DNA of 64,000 bases from NCBI GenBank assembly GCA_966128725.1, contig CBHYLN010000006.1:6236-70235 (forward strand), read 5' to 3'. Below the pieces are notes generated by a model. The model did no database searches, was not told the origin of the DNA, and saw nothing but the letters and a program-made list of their open reading frames with translations. The DNA is from an uncultured bacterium (GTDB lineage: Bacteria > Bacteroidota > Ignavibacteria > OLB7). Position numbers and translations under genes: made by a program. Of this stretch, positions 49,455-58,461 are shown one piece after another. Position 1 is the first letter of the stretch. The number at the start of each line of letters is the position of its first letter.

Positions 49455-52400
49455 TTACCAGCCATACCAGTTGCCGGCGCCATCGGAATACAGGCGGCGG
49501 TTACCGCCGGCATTGCCGAATGCCATGTTATTCTGGCCGTCGATCTTGTCGGTTCCATTCGGCTGAATGGTCAGAACCGGCAGAAGCGCATTGTTGTACT
49601 TCTCGATCTTGATAATCAGGATCTCACCGGCAGTTGTTGCCGGCTGCAGATTGATCGTGAAGTTCGTACCGGCCGACATATCAACACCGATGATGTCGTC
49701 GGCACCAACAACGTTGTACGACGTATTACCGGCATTTGCGATAAGCCCGGTGCGAGCAAACAGAATGGCGCCACCGCCAATCGAACCCCACTTCAACGTG
49801 GCGTTGTTGCCCGCAACCGCCTGTACCTGCAGCACCTGATCAACCCCCGTTGGGGCGGCATTCGGGAGCGTGTAGGTAAGATCGGCGGCCTGCGCCTGTG
49901 CCTTGATCGCGGTATAGTTCACACCCGAGCCACTGGGCTCAAGCAAACGCAACTCGCGGGCAGTGTTGTCGTTGTTGCCGATTGCGATGTGCGCGTTCGT
50001 TGTCGTGAACGTGCCCGCGGCGATATCCGCGCCCTGAATCGTACCGTCGGCGATCTTGGCACTGGTAACCGCACCATCGGCGATGTGTGCCGTGTTCACC
50101 GCCGAGGTAAGCAGCTTCAGGCCCGAAACGGCACTGTCGGCCAGCTTCGAGGTCGTCACCGTACCGTTGGCAACCTTCGAGGTCGTGATCGCGTTGGCCA
50201 CGATGTCAGCGTTCTGGATGCTGTTGACAAGCGACAGCTTCGAGTACACAATCGCCGCCGTCGGCGAAACATCGGCGTCAACGATCGTGCCGTCCAGGAT
50301 CTTCGCGCTCGTCACGGCATTGGCCGCGATTACCGGGTTCGGATACGTGCCGGTAAGATCACCGCCCGCCGCGCCGCTTGGCGGCAACGAGGTTGGCGCA
50401 CCGCTCAGCTTCGAGTAGCTGATGCCGTTGGCAACCTTGGCGTCGGTAACCGCACCATCGGCGATGTGCGCCGTGTTCACCGCCGAGGTAAGCAGCTTCA
50501 GGCCCGAAACGGCACTGTCGGCCAGCTTCGAGGTCGTCACCGTACCGTTGGCAACCTTCGAGGTCGTGATCGCGTTGGCCACGATGTCAGCGTTCTGGAT
50601 GCTGTTGACAAGCGACAGCTTCGAGTACGCAATCGCCGCCGTCGGCGAAACATCGGCATCAACGATCGTGCCGTCCAGGATCTTCGCGCTCGTCACGGCG
50701 TTGGCCGCGATCGTCGGGTTCGGATACGTGCCGGTGAGATCACCACCCGCGGCGCCACCCGGCGACGGGCTGCCCCACACGATGTTGGTGCCGTTGTACG
50801 TGATCGCCTGGCCCGAGGCCGCACCCGTTGGGCTCAACTTCGGAAGCGTGATCGATCCGTCGATATGATCGGCCGTAACCAGGCTGTTCGTCAGGTTCAG
50901 CTTCGAGTATGCGATCGCTGCTCCGGCCGCAACATCGGCGTTGACGATCGTGCCGTCCAGGATCTTCGCGCTCGTCACGGCGTTGGCCGCGATCGTCGGG
51001 TTCGGATACGTGCCGGTGAGATCACCACCCGCGGCGCCACCCGGCGACGGGCTGCCCCACACGATGTTGGTGCCGTTGTACGTGATCGCCTGGCCCGAGG
51101 CCGCACCCGTTGGGCTCAACTTCGGAAGCGTGATCGATCCGTCGATATGATCGGCCGTAACCAGGCTGTTCGTCAGGTTCAGCTTCGAGTATGCGATCGC
51201 TGCTCCGGCCGCAACATCGGCGTTGACGATCGTGCCGTCCAGGATCTTCGCGCTGTTGACCGAGCCGTCGACAAGGTCACCAGTGACGATGCTGTTGGCA
51301 AGCGCCAGCTTCGAGTACGCAATCGCCGCCGTCGGCGAGACGTCGGCATTGACGATCGTGCCGTCGAGAATCTTCGCGGTCGTGACCGCACCGTCGGCAA
51401 GGTCCGCCGTGACAACGGTGCCATCGGCGATCTTCGCGGTAGTGACCGAGCCATCGGCAAGGTCCGCCGTGACGATCGTGCCATCGACGATGTCGCCGCT
51501 GACAATGCTGTTGGCAAGCGCCAACTTCGAGTACGCAATCGCGGCCGCGGCGGCAACGTCGGCGTTCACAATCGTGCCGTCGAGAATCTTCGCGCTGTTG
51601 ACCGCGCCGTCGGCAAGGTCCGCCGTGGCGATCGTGCCATCGACGATGTCGCCGCTGACGATGCTGTTGGCGAGCGCCAGCTTCGAGTACGCAATCGCGG
51701 CCGCGGCGGCAACGTCAGCGTTCACAATTGTGCCGTCGAGGATCTTCGCGCTGTTTACCGCATCGTTGGCGATATCCTGCGTCTTGACCTCGCCGTCCTT
51801 GATCTTCACGGACGTGACGGAACTGTCGGCAAGGATGGACTCGGTCACCGAACCGATGGCGAGCTTGTTGGTCGTCACCGCGCCGTTGGCCAGATCGGCC
51901 GTGGCGATGGTGCCGTCGAGAATCTTGTCCGACGTAACGGCATCCGGAGCAAGCTTCGGATTGGTCACCGCGCCATTGGCCAGCTTCACCGTGTTGATCG
52001 CCGAGTCGGCAATGTATTCACGCTTGATGCCCCGTCCGGCGATCGAGAGCGACGTGGTCGGTCCGTTCGGATCGGAAACGATGATGGCATCGTCATTGCT
52101 CTGGATGGTGTTGATCGTGCCAACACTCAACGAGGTCACCGTGATCTTGCCCGTGGCATTGTTCTTGGTGATCTGGATGTTGGTACCGCCCAGAATTTCG
52201 AGATCGCCCTTCATTCCGTTCAGGCTGCTCACAACCAGACCGGGCAGCGAAGTCCAGGCAACGCCGGCGCCGGTGGAAACAAGGATCTGGCCCGCGGTGC
52301 TGCCCAGGGAGCTGAGCTTGGCCGGGGTCACCGAGCCGTCGGCAATGCTGGAAGTGCCGATCGCGCCTGGCGCAACCGCGCGCGCGGAATCGGCCATGAT

Positions 52401-52778
52401 CGCCCGCATGCTATACGGCGAACTGGTGAGCTGGACACGCGGCGTCAACTCGGTGCCGCCATCGATACCAAACCCAAGCCAATAGGTACGGTCGAACTGA
52501 ACGCTCGACGGGATACCACCCGGGGTGGATGCACCGATGATCAGGTTGTAGATGCCCTTGTTTACCGACACAGTCTGTGTCTCGGAGAACAGAGCCGTGC
52601 CACCGGTCTCTACATCGTAGAGCTTTACGGCAATGGCGTGATTGCCCTGCACGGGGTTACCACCTGCATTGGTGATATATCCCTGATAGGATATCGTGCG
52701 TGGAGCCTGGGCCCAGGCTGTTGTTGCCATCAGGAGTCCGGCAACCGCAACGCCGAAATACCTACGTGGATGCTTCAT
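49455..52778 (-). CDS. large secreted tail-fibre-like repeat protein (putative surface fibre/adhesin)
   Basis: 1107 aa from the ATG at 52776-52778 (MKHPRRYFGVAVAGLLMATTAWAQA signal peptide). N-terminal ISYQGYITNAGGNPVQG...LYDVETGGTALFSETQTVSVNKGIYNLIIG domain, then ~800 aa of DGTI[VA].AD.A.GAVT.AKI fibre-type repeats. ~180-aa C-terminal non-repeat domain ending GNWYGW. Confidence 0.7.
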   Translation of the reverse strand: MKHPRRYFGVAVAGLLMATTAWAQAPRTISYQGYITNAGGNPVQGNHAIAVKLYDVETGGTALFSETQTVSVNKGIYNLIIGASTPGGIPSSVQFDRTYWLGFGIDGGTELTPRVQLTSSPYSMRAIMADSARAVAPGAIGTSSIADGSVTPAKLSSLGSTAGQILVSTGAGVAWTSLPGLVVSSLNGMKGDLEILGGTNIQITKNNATGKITVTSLSVGTINTIQSNDDAIIVSDPNGPTTSLSIAGRGIKREYIADSAINTVKLANGAVTNPKLAPDAVTSDKILDGTIATADLANGAVTTNKLAIGSVTESILADSSVTSVKIKDGEVKTQDIANDAVNSAKILDGTIVNADVAAAAAIAYSKLALANSIVSGDIVDGTIATADLADGAVNSAKILDGTIVNADVAAAAAIAYSKLALANSIVSGDIVDGTIVTADLADGSVTTAKIADGTVVTADLADGAVTTAKILDGTIVNADVSPTAAIAYSKLALANSIVTGDLVDGSVNSAKILDGTIVNADVAAGAAIAYSKLNLTNSLVTADHIDGSITLPKLSPTGAASGQAITYNGTNIVWGSPSPGGAAGGDLTGTYPNPTIAANAVTSAKILDGTIVNADVAAGAAIAYSKLNLTNSLVTADHIDGSITLPKLSPTGAASGQAITYNGTNIVWGSPSPGGAAGGDLTGTYPNPTIAANAVTSAKILDGTIVDADVSPTAAIAYSKLSLVNSIQNADIVANAITTSKVANGTVTTSKLADSAVSGLKLLTSAVNTAHIADGAVTDAKVANGISYSKLSGAPTSLPPSGAAGGDLTGTYPNPVIAANAVTSAKILDGTIVDADVSPTAAIVYSKLSLVNSIQNADIVANAITTSKVANGTVTTSKLADSAVSGLKLLTSAVNTAHIADGAVTSAKIADGTIQGADIAAGTFTTTNAHIAIGNNDNTARELRLLEPSGSGVNYTAIKAQAQAADLTYTLPNAAPTGVDQVLQVQAVAGNNATLKWGSIGGGAILFARTGLIANAGNTSYNVVGADDIIGVDMSAGTNFTINLQPATTAGEILIIKIEKYNNALLPVLTIQPNGTDKIDGQNNMAFGNAGGNRRLYSDGAGNWYGW
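50685..51248. repeat. intragenic perfect tandem duplication, 2 x 282 bp (94 aa x 2)
   Basis: Track residues 517-610 and 611-704 of the giant protein are identical (AKILDGTIVNADVAAGAAIAYSKLNLTNSLVTADHIDGSITLPKL...TIAANAVTS). A 2 x 153-bp repeat lies further 5' and a near-perfect 2 x 381-bp repeat at ~50022-50684. Confidence 0.8.
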
Positions 52779-52804
52779 GGAGATCCCTCTCGTCATTGTG
52801 AGTA

Positions 52805-52832
52805 GATTCTACAGTTCAAACGTTGTCAGCAA
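52805..52832 (-). promoter_or_regulatory. candidate sigma-70-like promoter of the giant gene
   Basis: On the minus strand, TTGCTG-(15 nt)-TAGAAT ~45 nt upstream of the start, with AGAGGGA RBS. The 290-bp upstream gap is AT-richer. Confidence 0.35.
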
Positions 52833-53085
52833 ATCTTGTGGGGAGGGGGGATGAACCAGCTCGCCTCCATTGGGGAAAAGGAGCGGACCTCCGGCCAAAG
52901 GCCACAGAGTTTACGAAGGGTTCATGCCAAGCCGGCCATGTTGGGCGCGGTTCAACGAAGCTCAAACATACGGAATTCATTTTAAACAAAAACCAAATGC
53001 CAAGCCCGGAAGGTTGAGGCCTGCATACCCGCCAACGTAGACACAGGCGCGCGCGCAGCGGCATGCCGACAGCAGAAACCATATG

Positions 53086-55485
53086 TTACTTGGCCGGTCC
53101 GTCGTCGAACACGATTCCGTTGCCCTTTACAACCGGCGTCCCGGGTACAACGCGTGGCTCGGTAACGTAATCGGCGCCGCTGCCGCGATCGATCAACAGC
53201 CCGATCGAACCGGAGCCTCGTACACGGTTTGCGTTGCCACCGCCCTGGCTGAGCGCCGAATCGCTCAGCTTGGCGTAATACATATCGTCGCCCGCCGCAT
53301 CCAGAAGCCACGCGAACGACACGGTCAACGCCGAACCCTGGCTACTGTTGGAGCCCCGATACGTGTCGTTGCCCGATGCGTCCTCAAGGCAGCCGGCCGA
53401 CCAGTCGTGCGCGTTCCCCTGCTCCAGCCCCGCGTAGGCATCATACATATCGTCGCCGGCATCGTCGAGCAACGCCCCGAACGACAGGTGAATCCCACTT
53501 CCCTGCGAATACTGACCGGCCGTGTACCGATCGGCACCGGCGCCATCGTGCAATATGCCGAGCGCATACCAGTAGCTGCCGCCCTGGCTGAAGTAGTCCG
53601 AAGCGTACACATCGTCGCCGGTACGATCGGTAAGCACGCCAATGCCTCCGTCGGTCCCGATACCGGTGCCCCACGGACGCATGCCGAAACCGAAGCCCTG
53701 CGACATCGCCAGATACGCCCGGTTCGGATACCGCGAGTCGGGAATCTTCCACCCTGCCCTGTAGGCATCATTCCCCTCGAACTCCAGAATGGCGCCAAAG
53801 CCCCGGGCATAACCAAATCCCTGCGAATACACCTGTGAGGTATACTGGTCGTCGCCGGCGCGATCACACAACAGACCGATCCCCAGGAACGCCGCCCCCT
53901 GCGAACACCAGCGGGCATCGTAGACATCGTTGCCGGCATGATCTACCAATACACCAACGCCGAGAAGCCCGGCGCCCTGCGAGAAGTGACCGGCACGATA
54001 GGTGTCGTCGCCGGCAAGATCGAACAGAACATCCACGGCCCCCAGGCCCGCGGCCTGCCCTGTTGCGGTGGTGTTGTAGAAGTCGTTGCCGGCAACATCG
54101 CCAACATAACGGAAGCCGCCCATGCCAACCGGCGGAAGCTGGTACAGGTCATCGCCGCCAACATCGATGATCACGGCGAAGTCACCGGTATAACGATTAT
54201 GCCCCGGGCCGCCGATCACGATTCTCCCAAAGGGTGTAGATGTCACCTGCAACACCGTGCCTTCCACGCCGGGGACCGCAACGGGCACCGACGATCGGAT
54301 TGGCGGAAGTGAGCGCACGAACGCAACCAACCACGACGAATCCGCAAGCCCGGCCAGCAGTGCCCCGGCCTGGAACAGCGAGATGCGGTCCAGGCCATCG
54401 GCGGCACCCAGTAACGCAGCCATCCGCTTCTCCTCGGCAATACGAAGCTCGCGGTGGCGCACGGGGTCCTTCACGGTATCCAGCCCGGCCTCCCAGTTGC
54501 TGTCGATATCAAGCAAACCGCTCAGGCCCCGCACCAACGAGTCAAGCGGGTACCGGATCGCACGAAACGCCTCGTGCAGTTCGTTGGCCACAGCCGTGCA
54601 ACGGTTGCGCAGCGTGGACATCGAGGCGGGCAGAATCGGTTCGGGCGCCACTGTTGGCAGCGAGACATCAAGCCCGGAAGCGGCGGTGGCCACGGCGCCG
54701 GCAATACCGTTGCGTTCTACGGAGCCCCAGATATCGGTGCAGACCTGGCGCGCAAACGCGCCGATGCGTGTGGGGTTATGATGCAGATAGGTGACGGCGT
54801 TCAACCGCCATGGGCTGCGCCGCTGCGTAAACGGTACGGTGCAGAAATCCTGATCGGCGACTACACACATCTGCTTCTGAATTGTCCGGGCACGCTCTGT
54901 CAGATTGGTTTGCTCCAGCGTCCGGGCAAGCCAGCTTTGCTCCACAACCGGCCCCAGCCCGGCCGGAGCCGGCGGCACCGGCATTGGCGCTCGTTCGGGC
55001 GCACGCACCGGCACCATCAGATCGCGGGCAACACCGGCGCGAACAATCCGGAATCGAGCGGTGTCCCCGGGCGACATCCCGCGCACGGTCATGTTCAGAT
55101 AGTCATCGTACTGATAGACGGTATCACCGATTGGGTGGCCGTTGAGCGAAACAATCAGGTCCCCGATCAACATGCCGCCATCGTCGGCAAGCCAGTGTGG
55201 CATCACGTGCCACACACGCACGGGCCGCTCCCCTGCCTGCACGCCCGGAATCAGCGCCATGCTGTCGTCGGGGATCGCGTTGACATACACACCAAGGCGC
55301 GGGCGCAGCGGATCGGGCTGCCCGCCCCACACGAACGGTGGTAGATCGAACATCGACAGGCTGACGCGCATAAGGCTGTCGGCCCGTTGACGATTGTACT
55401 GCGCTGCAAGCGGGCGCGCAGCGGCAAGATGAAGCAGCACAAACGCGAGAACGGCAACGAGGAAGCAACGAGCTGTGATTCGCAT
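53086..55485 (-). CDS. secreted PDZ-domain protein with C-terminal Gly/Asp/Tyr-rich ~23-aa repeats (predicted beta-helix/beta-roll), unknown family
   Basis: 799 aa from the ATG at 55483-55485 (signal peptide MRITARCFLVAVLAFVLLHLAAARPLAAQ). PDZ-like segment (GMLIGDLIVSLNGHPIGD), helical middle, then ~12 units of pattern h..D.AG[ND]D.Y.......SQG.G..G. Confidence 0.55.
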   Translation of the reverse strand: MRITARCFLVAVLAFVLLHLAAARPLAAQYNRQRADSLMRVSLSMFDLPPFVWGGQPDPLRPRLGVYVNAIPDDSMALIPGVQAGERPVRVWHVMPHWLADDGGMLIGDLIVSLNGHPIGDTVYQYDDYLNMTVRGMSPGDTARFRIVRAGVARDLMVPVRAPERAPMPVPPAPAGLGPVVEQSWLARTLEQTNLTERARTIQKQMCVVADQDFCTVPFTQRRSPWRLNAVTYLHHNPTRIGAFARQVCTDIWGSVERNGIAGAVATAASGLDVSLPTVAPEPILPASMSTLRNRCTAVANELHEAFRAIRYPLDSLVRGLSGLLDIDSNWEAGLDTVKDPVRHRELRIAEEKRMAALLGAADGLDRISLFQAGALLAGLADSSWLVAFVRSLPPIRSSVPVAVPGVEGTVLQVTSTPFGRIVIGGPGHNRYTGDFAVIIDVGGDDLYQLPPVGMGGFRYVGDVAGNDFYNTTATGQAAGLGAVDVLFDLAGDDTYRAGHFSQGAGLLGVGVLVDHAGNDVYDARWCSQGAAFLGIGLLCDRAGDDQYTSQVYSQGFGYARGFGAILEFEGNDAYRAGWKIPDSRYPNRAYLAMSQGFGFGMRPWGTGIGTDGGIGVLTDRTGDDVYASDYFSQGGSYWYALGILHDGAGADRYTAGQYSQGSGIHLSFGALLDDAGDDMYDAYAGLEQGNAHDWSAGCLEDASGNDTYRGSNSSQGSALTVSFAWLLDAAGDDMYYAKLSDSALSQGGGNANRVRGSGSIGLLIDRGSGADYVTEPRVVPGTPVVKGNGIVFDDGPAK

Positions 55486-55805
55486 GGCGCTGTTGAACGA
55501 GAGAGAGAGAGGATTTCCGTGAACGGGAAGAATCCGCGAAGCTACAATACTTACCGCCGATGCCCTAACAGGCTGCCAGCGACTATTGCTGATCAGTCCG
55601 GGGGGACCTGAGCGGCGGTTCAACAGACGACAGGAGTGTTGCGAGGGATGGCTATGATGAACGTGGAGAGGAGGTGATAACGTGGATCAGAATCGGATGC
55701 ACGGCACACCCGACGCTGGATCACATCCGCGCCCGGATCGCGCTTGCCAGTCCTTACCGGCCGAGCGCGTATCCAGGCTGCCGACGGTGCGCGGCTGACC
55801 GCGCA

Positions 55806-56102
55806 TCAACGATGACGACGCCCGCGCTGTATGTCCTCGCGCACTTCCAGAATCTCGGCGCGAAGCCCAAGGATACCGAACATCGGCGCCCACAGGCCGA
55901 TGAACAGCGCGATTTCGTGACGGCTTTGTTCGTTGCCGCCATGTGCCAGCAGAAACAGGTACAGCGAAAGCACAATCGACAACCCAGCCAGGGCATACCA
56001 TACGGTTGGGCCTGCCAGCAACGGCAACCTTTGCTCCGGACGCTGCTTCTCCGGCGCAGCCGTCTCGGTTCGAATCTCGATGATCTTTGGTTCCATGCTC
56101 AT
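55806..56102 (-). CDS. small two-TM membrane protein
   Basis: 98 aa from the ATG at 56100-56102 (MSMEPKIIEI...). Two hydrophobic helices (VWYALAGLSIVLSLYLFLLA, IALFIGLWAPMFGILGL). Confidence 0.4.
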   Translation of the reverse strand: MSMEPKIIEIRTETAAPEKQRPEQRLPLLAGPTVWYALAGLSIVLSLYLFLLAHGGNEQSRHEIALFIGLWAPMFGILGLRAEILEVREDIQRGRRHR

Positions 56103-56169
56103 GTGAACATCCCTGGCTAGCGTTCTGGTTCCCGTGGCACCGGCACGCACCTACGTTTGCGAGCCCGTG

Positions 56170-57123
56170 TCAGAAACTGGCATTCACGGTAACACGGTGG
56201 TTGCCGCCCAGGCGGTCGAGACTGTTGAACGCATAATCGAATCGATATCCCTTCACAGCCACACCCAGCCCAGCCGAAAAACCGGCCAATCCCTTCGATT
56301 GCCCAAACGCCACATCCTGGCGCACCCGGTTATTATAGCCAACGCGCACACGCAGCGGCTTGGAGAGTGTGAACTCGCCACCAACACTGAAGGAGCTGAA
56401 CCGGGAAAGGAAGTCATCGGTTTCGTCCAACAGCCGGCTGAAATTCACGGCAACCAACAGCGGAAGCCCGCGCAACTGGTGCGAGGCGCCGATCTTCAGA
56501 TCCAGCGGCAGGCGTTCGTTGTCCGCACCGAAGGAGGAGACCTGCGAGCCGAGGTTCAGCAGCGCAAGGCCCGCCTGCACGCGATTGGCGGTATCCATGT
56601 AGTGCAGGCCGCCATCCAGCGCCAACGCGGCCGAGCCGTAGCTGTCGATCGTTGAGAATATCGCCTTGCCGTTGATGCCAGCGGCAAATCCCTCGCCAAG
56701 CTCGGTTCCCCAACCAACAACGGCCACGATGTCGTTCGAGCCGAAGGTGCCGTTAAGCTGGCCGGCACGATCGGTACGATCGAACGAACCGTAATTGGTA
56801 TACGAGACACCGAACCCGACCTTGCCCACGCCCTCCAACGACGTTGCAATCGTGGCCGAGCCGCTGTTGATATCCAGCAGATGCTTGAAGAAGGTGAACG
56901 ACGCCTGCGTGGAATCCACGGAGTTGAGCGTCGCCGGATTGTAGTACATGCCCGACGGATCGTTGGCGATCGTAACGAACGCCCCACCCATGCCAGCGGC
57001 ACGCGCGGAGACGTCGTTGTGCAGAAAATCGTATACGTATACGGCCTGCGCGCGCGCCTGCACCGCCGAGACGCATGCCACGATCGCGATTGCCAGAACG
57101 ATCCGCGAAGGAGTCAGGAACAT
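56170..57123 (-). CDS. PorV/PorQ-family (T9SS-associated) outer-membrane beta-barrel protein
   Basis: 318 aa from the ATG at 57121-57123. Signal peptide, then DVSARAAGMGGAFVTIANDPSGMYYNPATL motif shared by PorV/PorQ-type FadL-like barrels. C-terminal aromatic residue. Confidence 0.55.
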   Translation of the reverse strand: MFLTPSRIVLAIAIVACVSAVQARAQAVYVYDFLHNDVSARAAGMGGAFVTIANDPSGMYYNPATLNSVDSTQASFTFFKHLLDINSGSATIATSLEGVGKVGFGVSYTNYGSFDRTDRAGQLNGTFGSNDIVAVVGWGTELGEGFAAGINGKAIFSTIDSYGSAALALDGGLHYMDTANRVQAGLALLNLGSQVSSFGADNERLPLDLKIGASHQLRGLPLLVAVNFSRLLDETDDFLSRFSSFSVGGEFTLSKPLRVRVGYNNRVRQDVAFGQSKGLAGFSAGLGVAVKGYRFDYAFNSLDRLGGNHRVTVNASF

Positions 57124-57327
57124 CAGGTATTGTCCAGAAGATTGCCGCCATGGGTTACGCCCCATCGCACCAAGGTATGCCGCCGAATCGAATCGGCAAT
57201 GAACGGCCGTCAATAAGCGGAGAGCCGCCAACATTTGCAAGGCCAACATGCGCCGCACTCCGGCGTCCTGAAATCGCCGGATGCCCGGGCGCGACAGCAC
57301 GATCGGCTTGCCCTGAAAGGCCGCCAA

Positions 57328-57780
57328 TCAGTGAGCCATTTCCGGAACGGCCGGGAACCACTGATACAGCATCATGTACACCAGCACGCCGGTAACCGAG
57401 ACGTACAGCCAGATGGGCAATGTCCACCGGGCAATTCGGCGATGTGGATCGTAGCGCGCGGCCAGTCCGCGACGAATCGTGATAATGGCCAACACCGGCA
57501 CGCAGGCCGCCAGGACCACGTGCGAGATCAGCATCGCGAAATACACCGTGCGGATTGCGCCGGTACCGCCGAACGGCGAGGCCACGCCACCACGCAGGGC
57601 ATGGTAGGTGAGATAACAGGCGAGGAACAACACCGAAACGAAAAACGCCGACAGCATCACCTTGCGATGGGCCGCCACACGCTTGCGACGGATAAGGATG
57701 TACCCGATCACGAGCAGCACGGTGGCGACAGCGTTCAGCGATGCATTGATCGCCGGCAGAATCATCACATCGAAATTCAT
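57328..57780 (-). CDS. DUF420 (CtaM-like) membrane protein of cytochrome oxidase operons
   Basis: 150 aa, 4 TM. Located between the SCO1 and cox genes as in aa3 oxidase operons. ATGA overlap with SCO1 stop. Confidence 0.5.
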   Translation of the reverse strand: MNFDVMILPAINASLNAVATVLLVIGYILIRRKRVAAHRKVMLSAFFVSVLFLACYLTYHALRGGVASPFGGTGAIRTVYFAMLISHVVLAACVPVLAIITIRRGLAARYDPHRRIARWTLPIWLYVSVTGVLVYMMLYQWFPAVPEMAH

Positions 57781-58430
57781 CACTGGGCCTCCTTCACAAG
57801 CAGCGCGACATCGGCCAGCAGCTTGCGCTGTGCCTCGGGTTCGTCGCTGCTGTAATACCCACGGATATGCCCCTGCGAGTCCACCAGCACAAATCGCTTC
57901 GAGTGGATGATCGGCTCGGCCGGATCGGTCCCTTCCTCGATACCAAGATGAAACGCGTTCTTGGCCAGATCCTGCATTTGGTCGCGGCTTCCGGTAAGGA
58001 ACAGCCACTTGTCGGCACGGGCCTTGTAGGTTTCGGCGTAGTCCCGAAGCTTGCCGGGGGTATCGTTGTCGGGGTCAACCGTGAACGATACCAGCAACGC
58101 GTTGCCCACCGAAGCAAGCGAATCCTGCAACTGCCCCATCTTGGCGGACATCGCCGGGCAGCTTCCGGCACAACGGGTGAAAATGAAGCTGGCCACCCAC
58201 ACCTTGCCGTGCAGGGCATCCAGGTTCATCGGCTTGCCGCTTCGTTCGGTAAGCTGCGCGCCGGGCACTGCGCCAAAGTCGGCCAGCCCGGAGGATGGCT
58301 GCACGCCGCGGAGCCGCACAAGAAACAGGATCATCGCAACCACCGCGGCCGCGGCAATCACGTACAGGGCAATCAGCAAGGGCGACCGGCGCGCGCGCGG
58401 CATCGTGCCCGTGGTTATCTCTGGAGTCAT
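57780..58430 (-). CDS. SCO1/SenC copper chaperone (thioredoxin-like)
   Basis: N-terminal TM, then FIFTRCAGSCP (CxxxC copper site) and a conserved His region. Confidence 0.8.
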   Translation of the reverse strand: MTPEITTGTMPRARRSPLLIALYVIAAAAVVAMILFLVRLRGVQPSSGLADFGAVPGAQLTERSGKPMNLDALHGKVWVASFIFTRCAGSCPAMSAKMGQLQDSLASVGNALLVSFTVDPDNDTPGKLRDYAETYKARADKWLFLTGSRDQMQDLAKNAFHLGIEEGTDPAEPIIHSKRFVLVDSQGHIRGYYSSDEPEAQRKLLADVALLVKEAQ

Positions 58431-58461
58431 GGGCTACAGGGGTGTATTACGTTCGGGATGT

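Noticed and set aside
52816-53082. 88-aa ORF in the spacer upstream of the giant gene
   Set aside because: Trp/Arg/Cys-rich, with no start context. The region is better explained as a promoter or 5' leader.
44886-53086. Prophage or tailocin interpretation of the collar/fibre block
   Set aside because: No integrase, terminase, capsid, portal, sheath, tube, baseplate, tape-measure or lysis genes in the window. This is kept as a refutation test because the window edge limits certainty only for sequence outside it.
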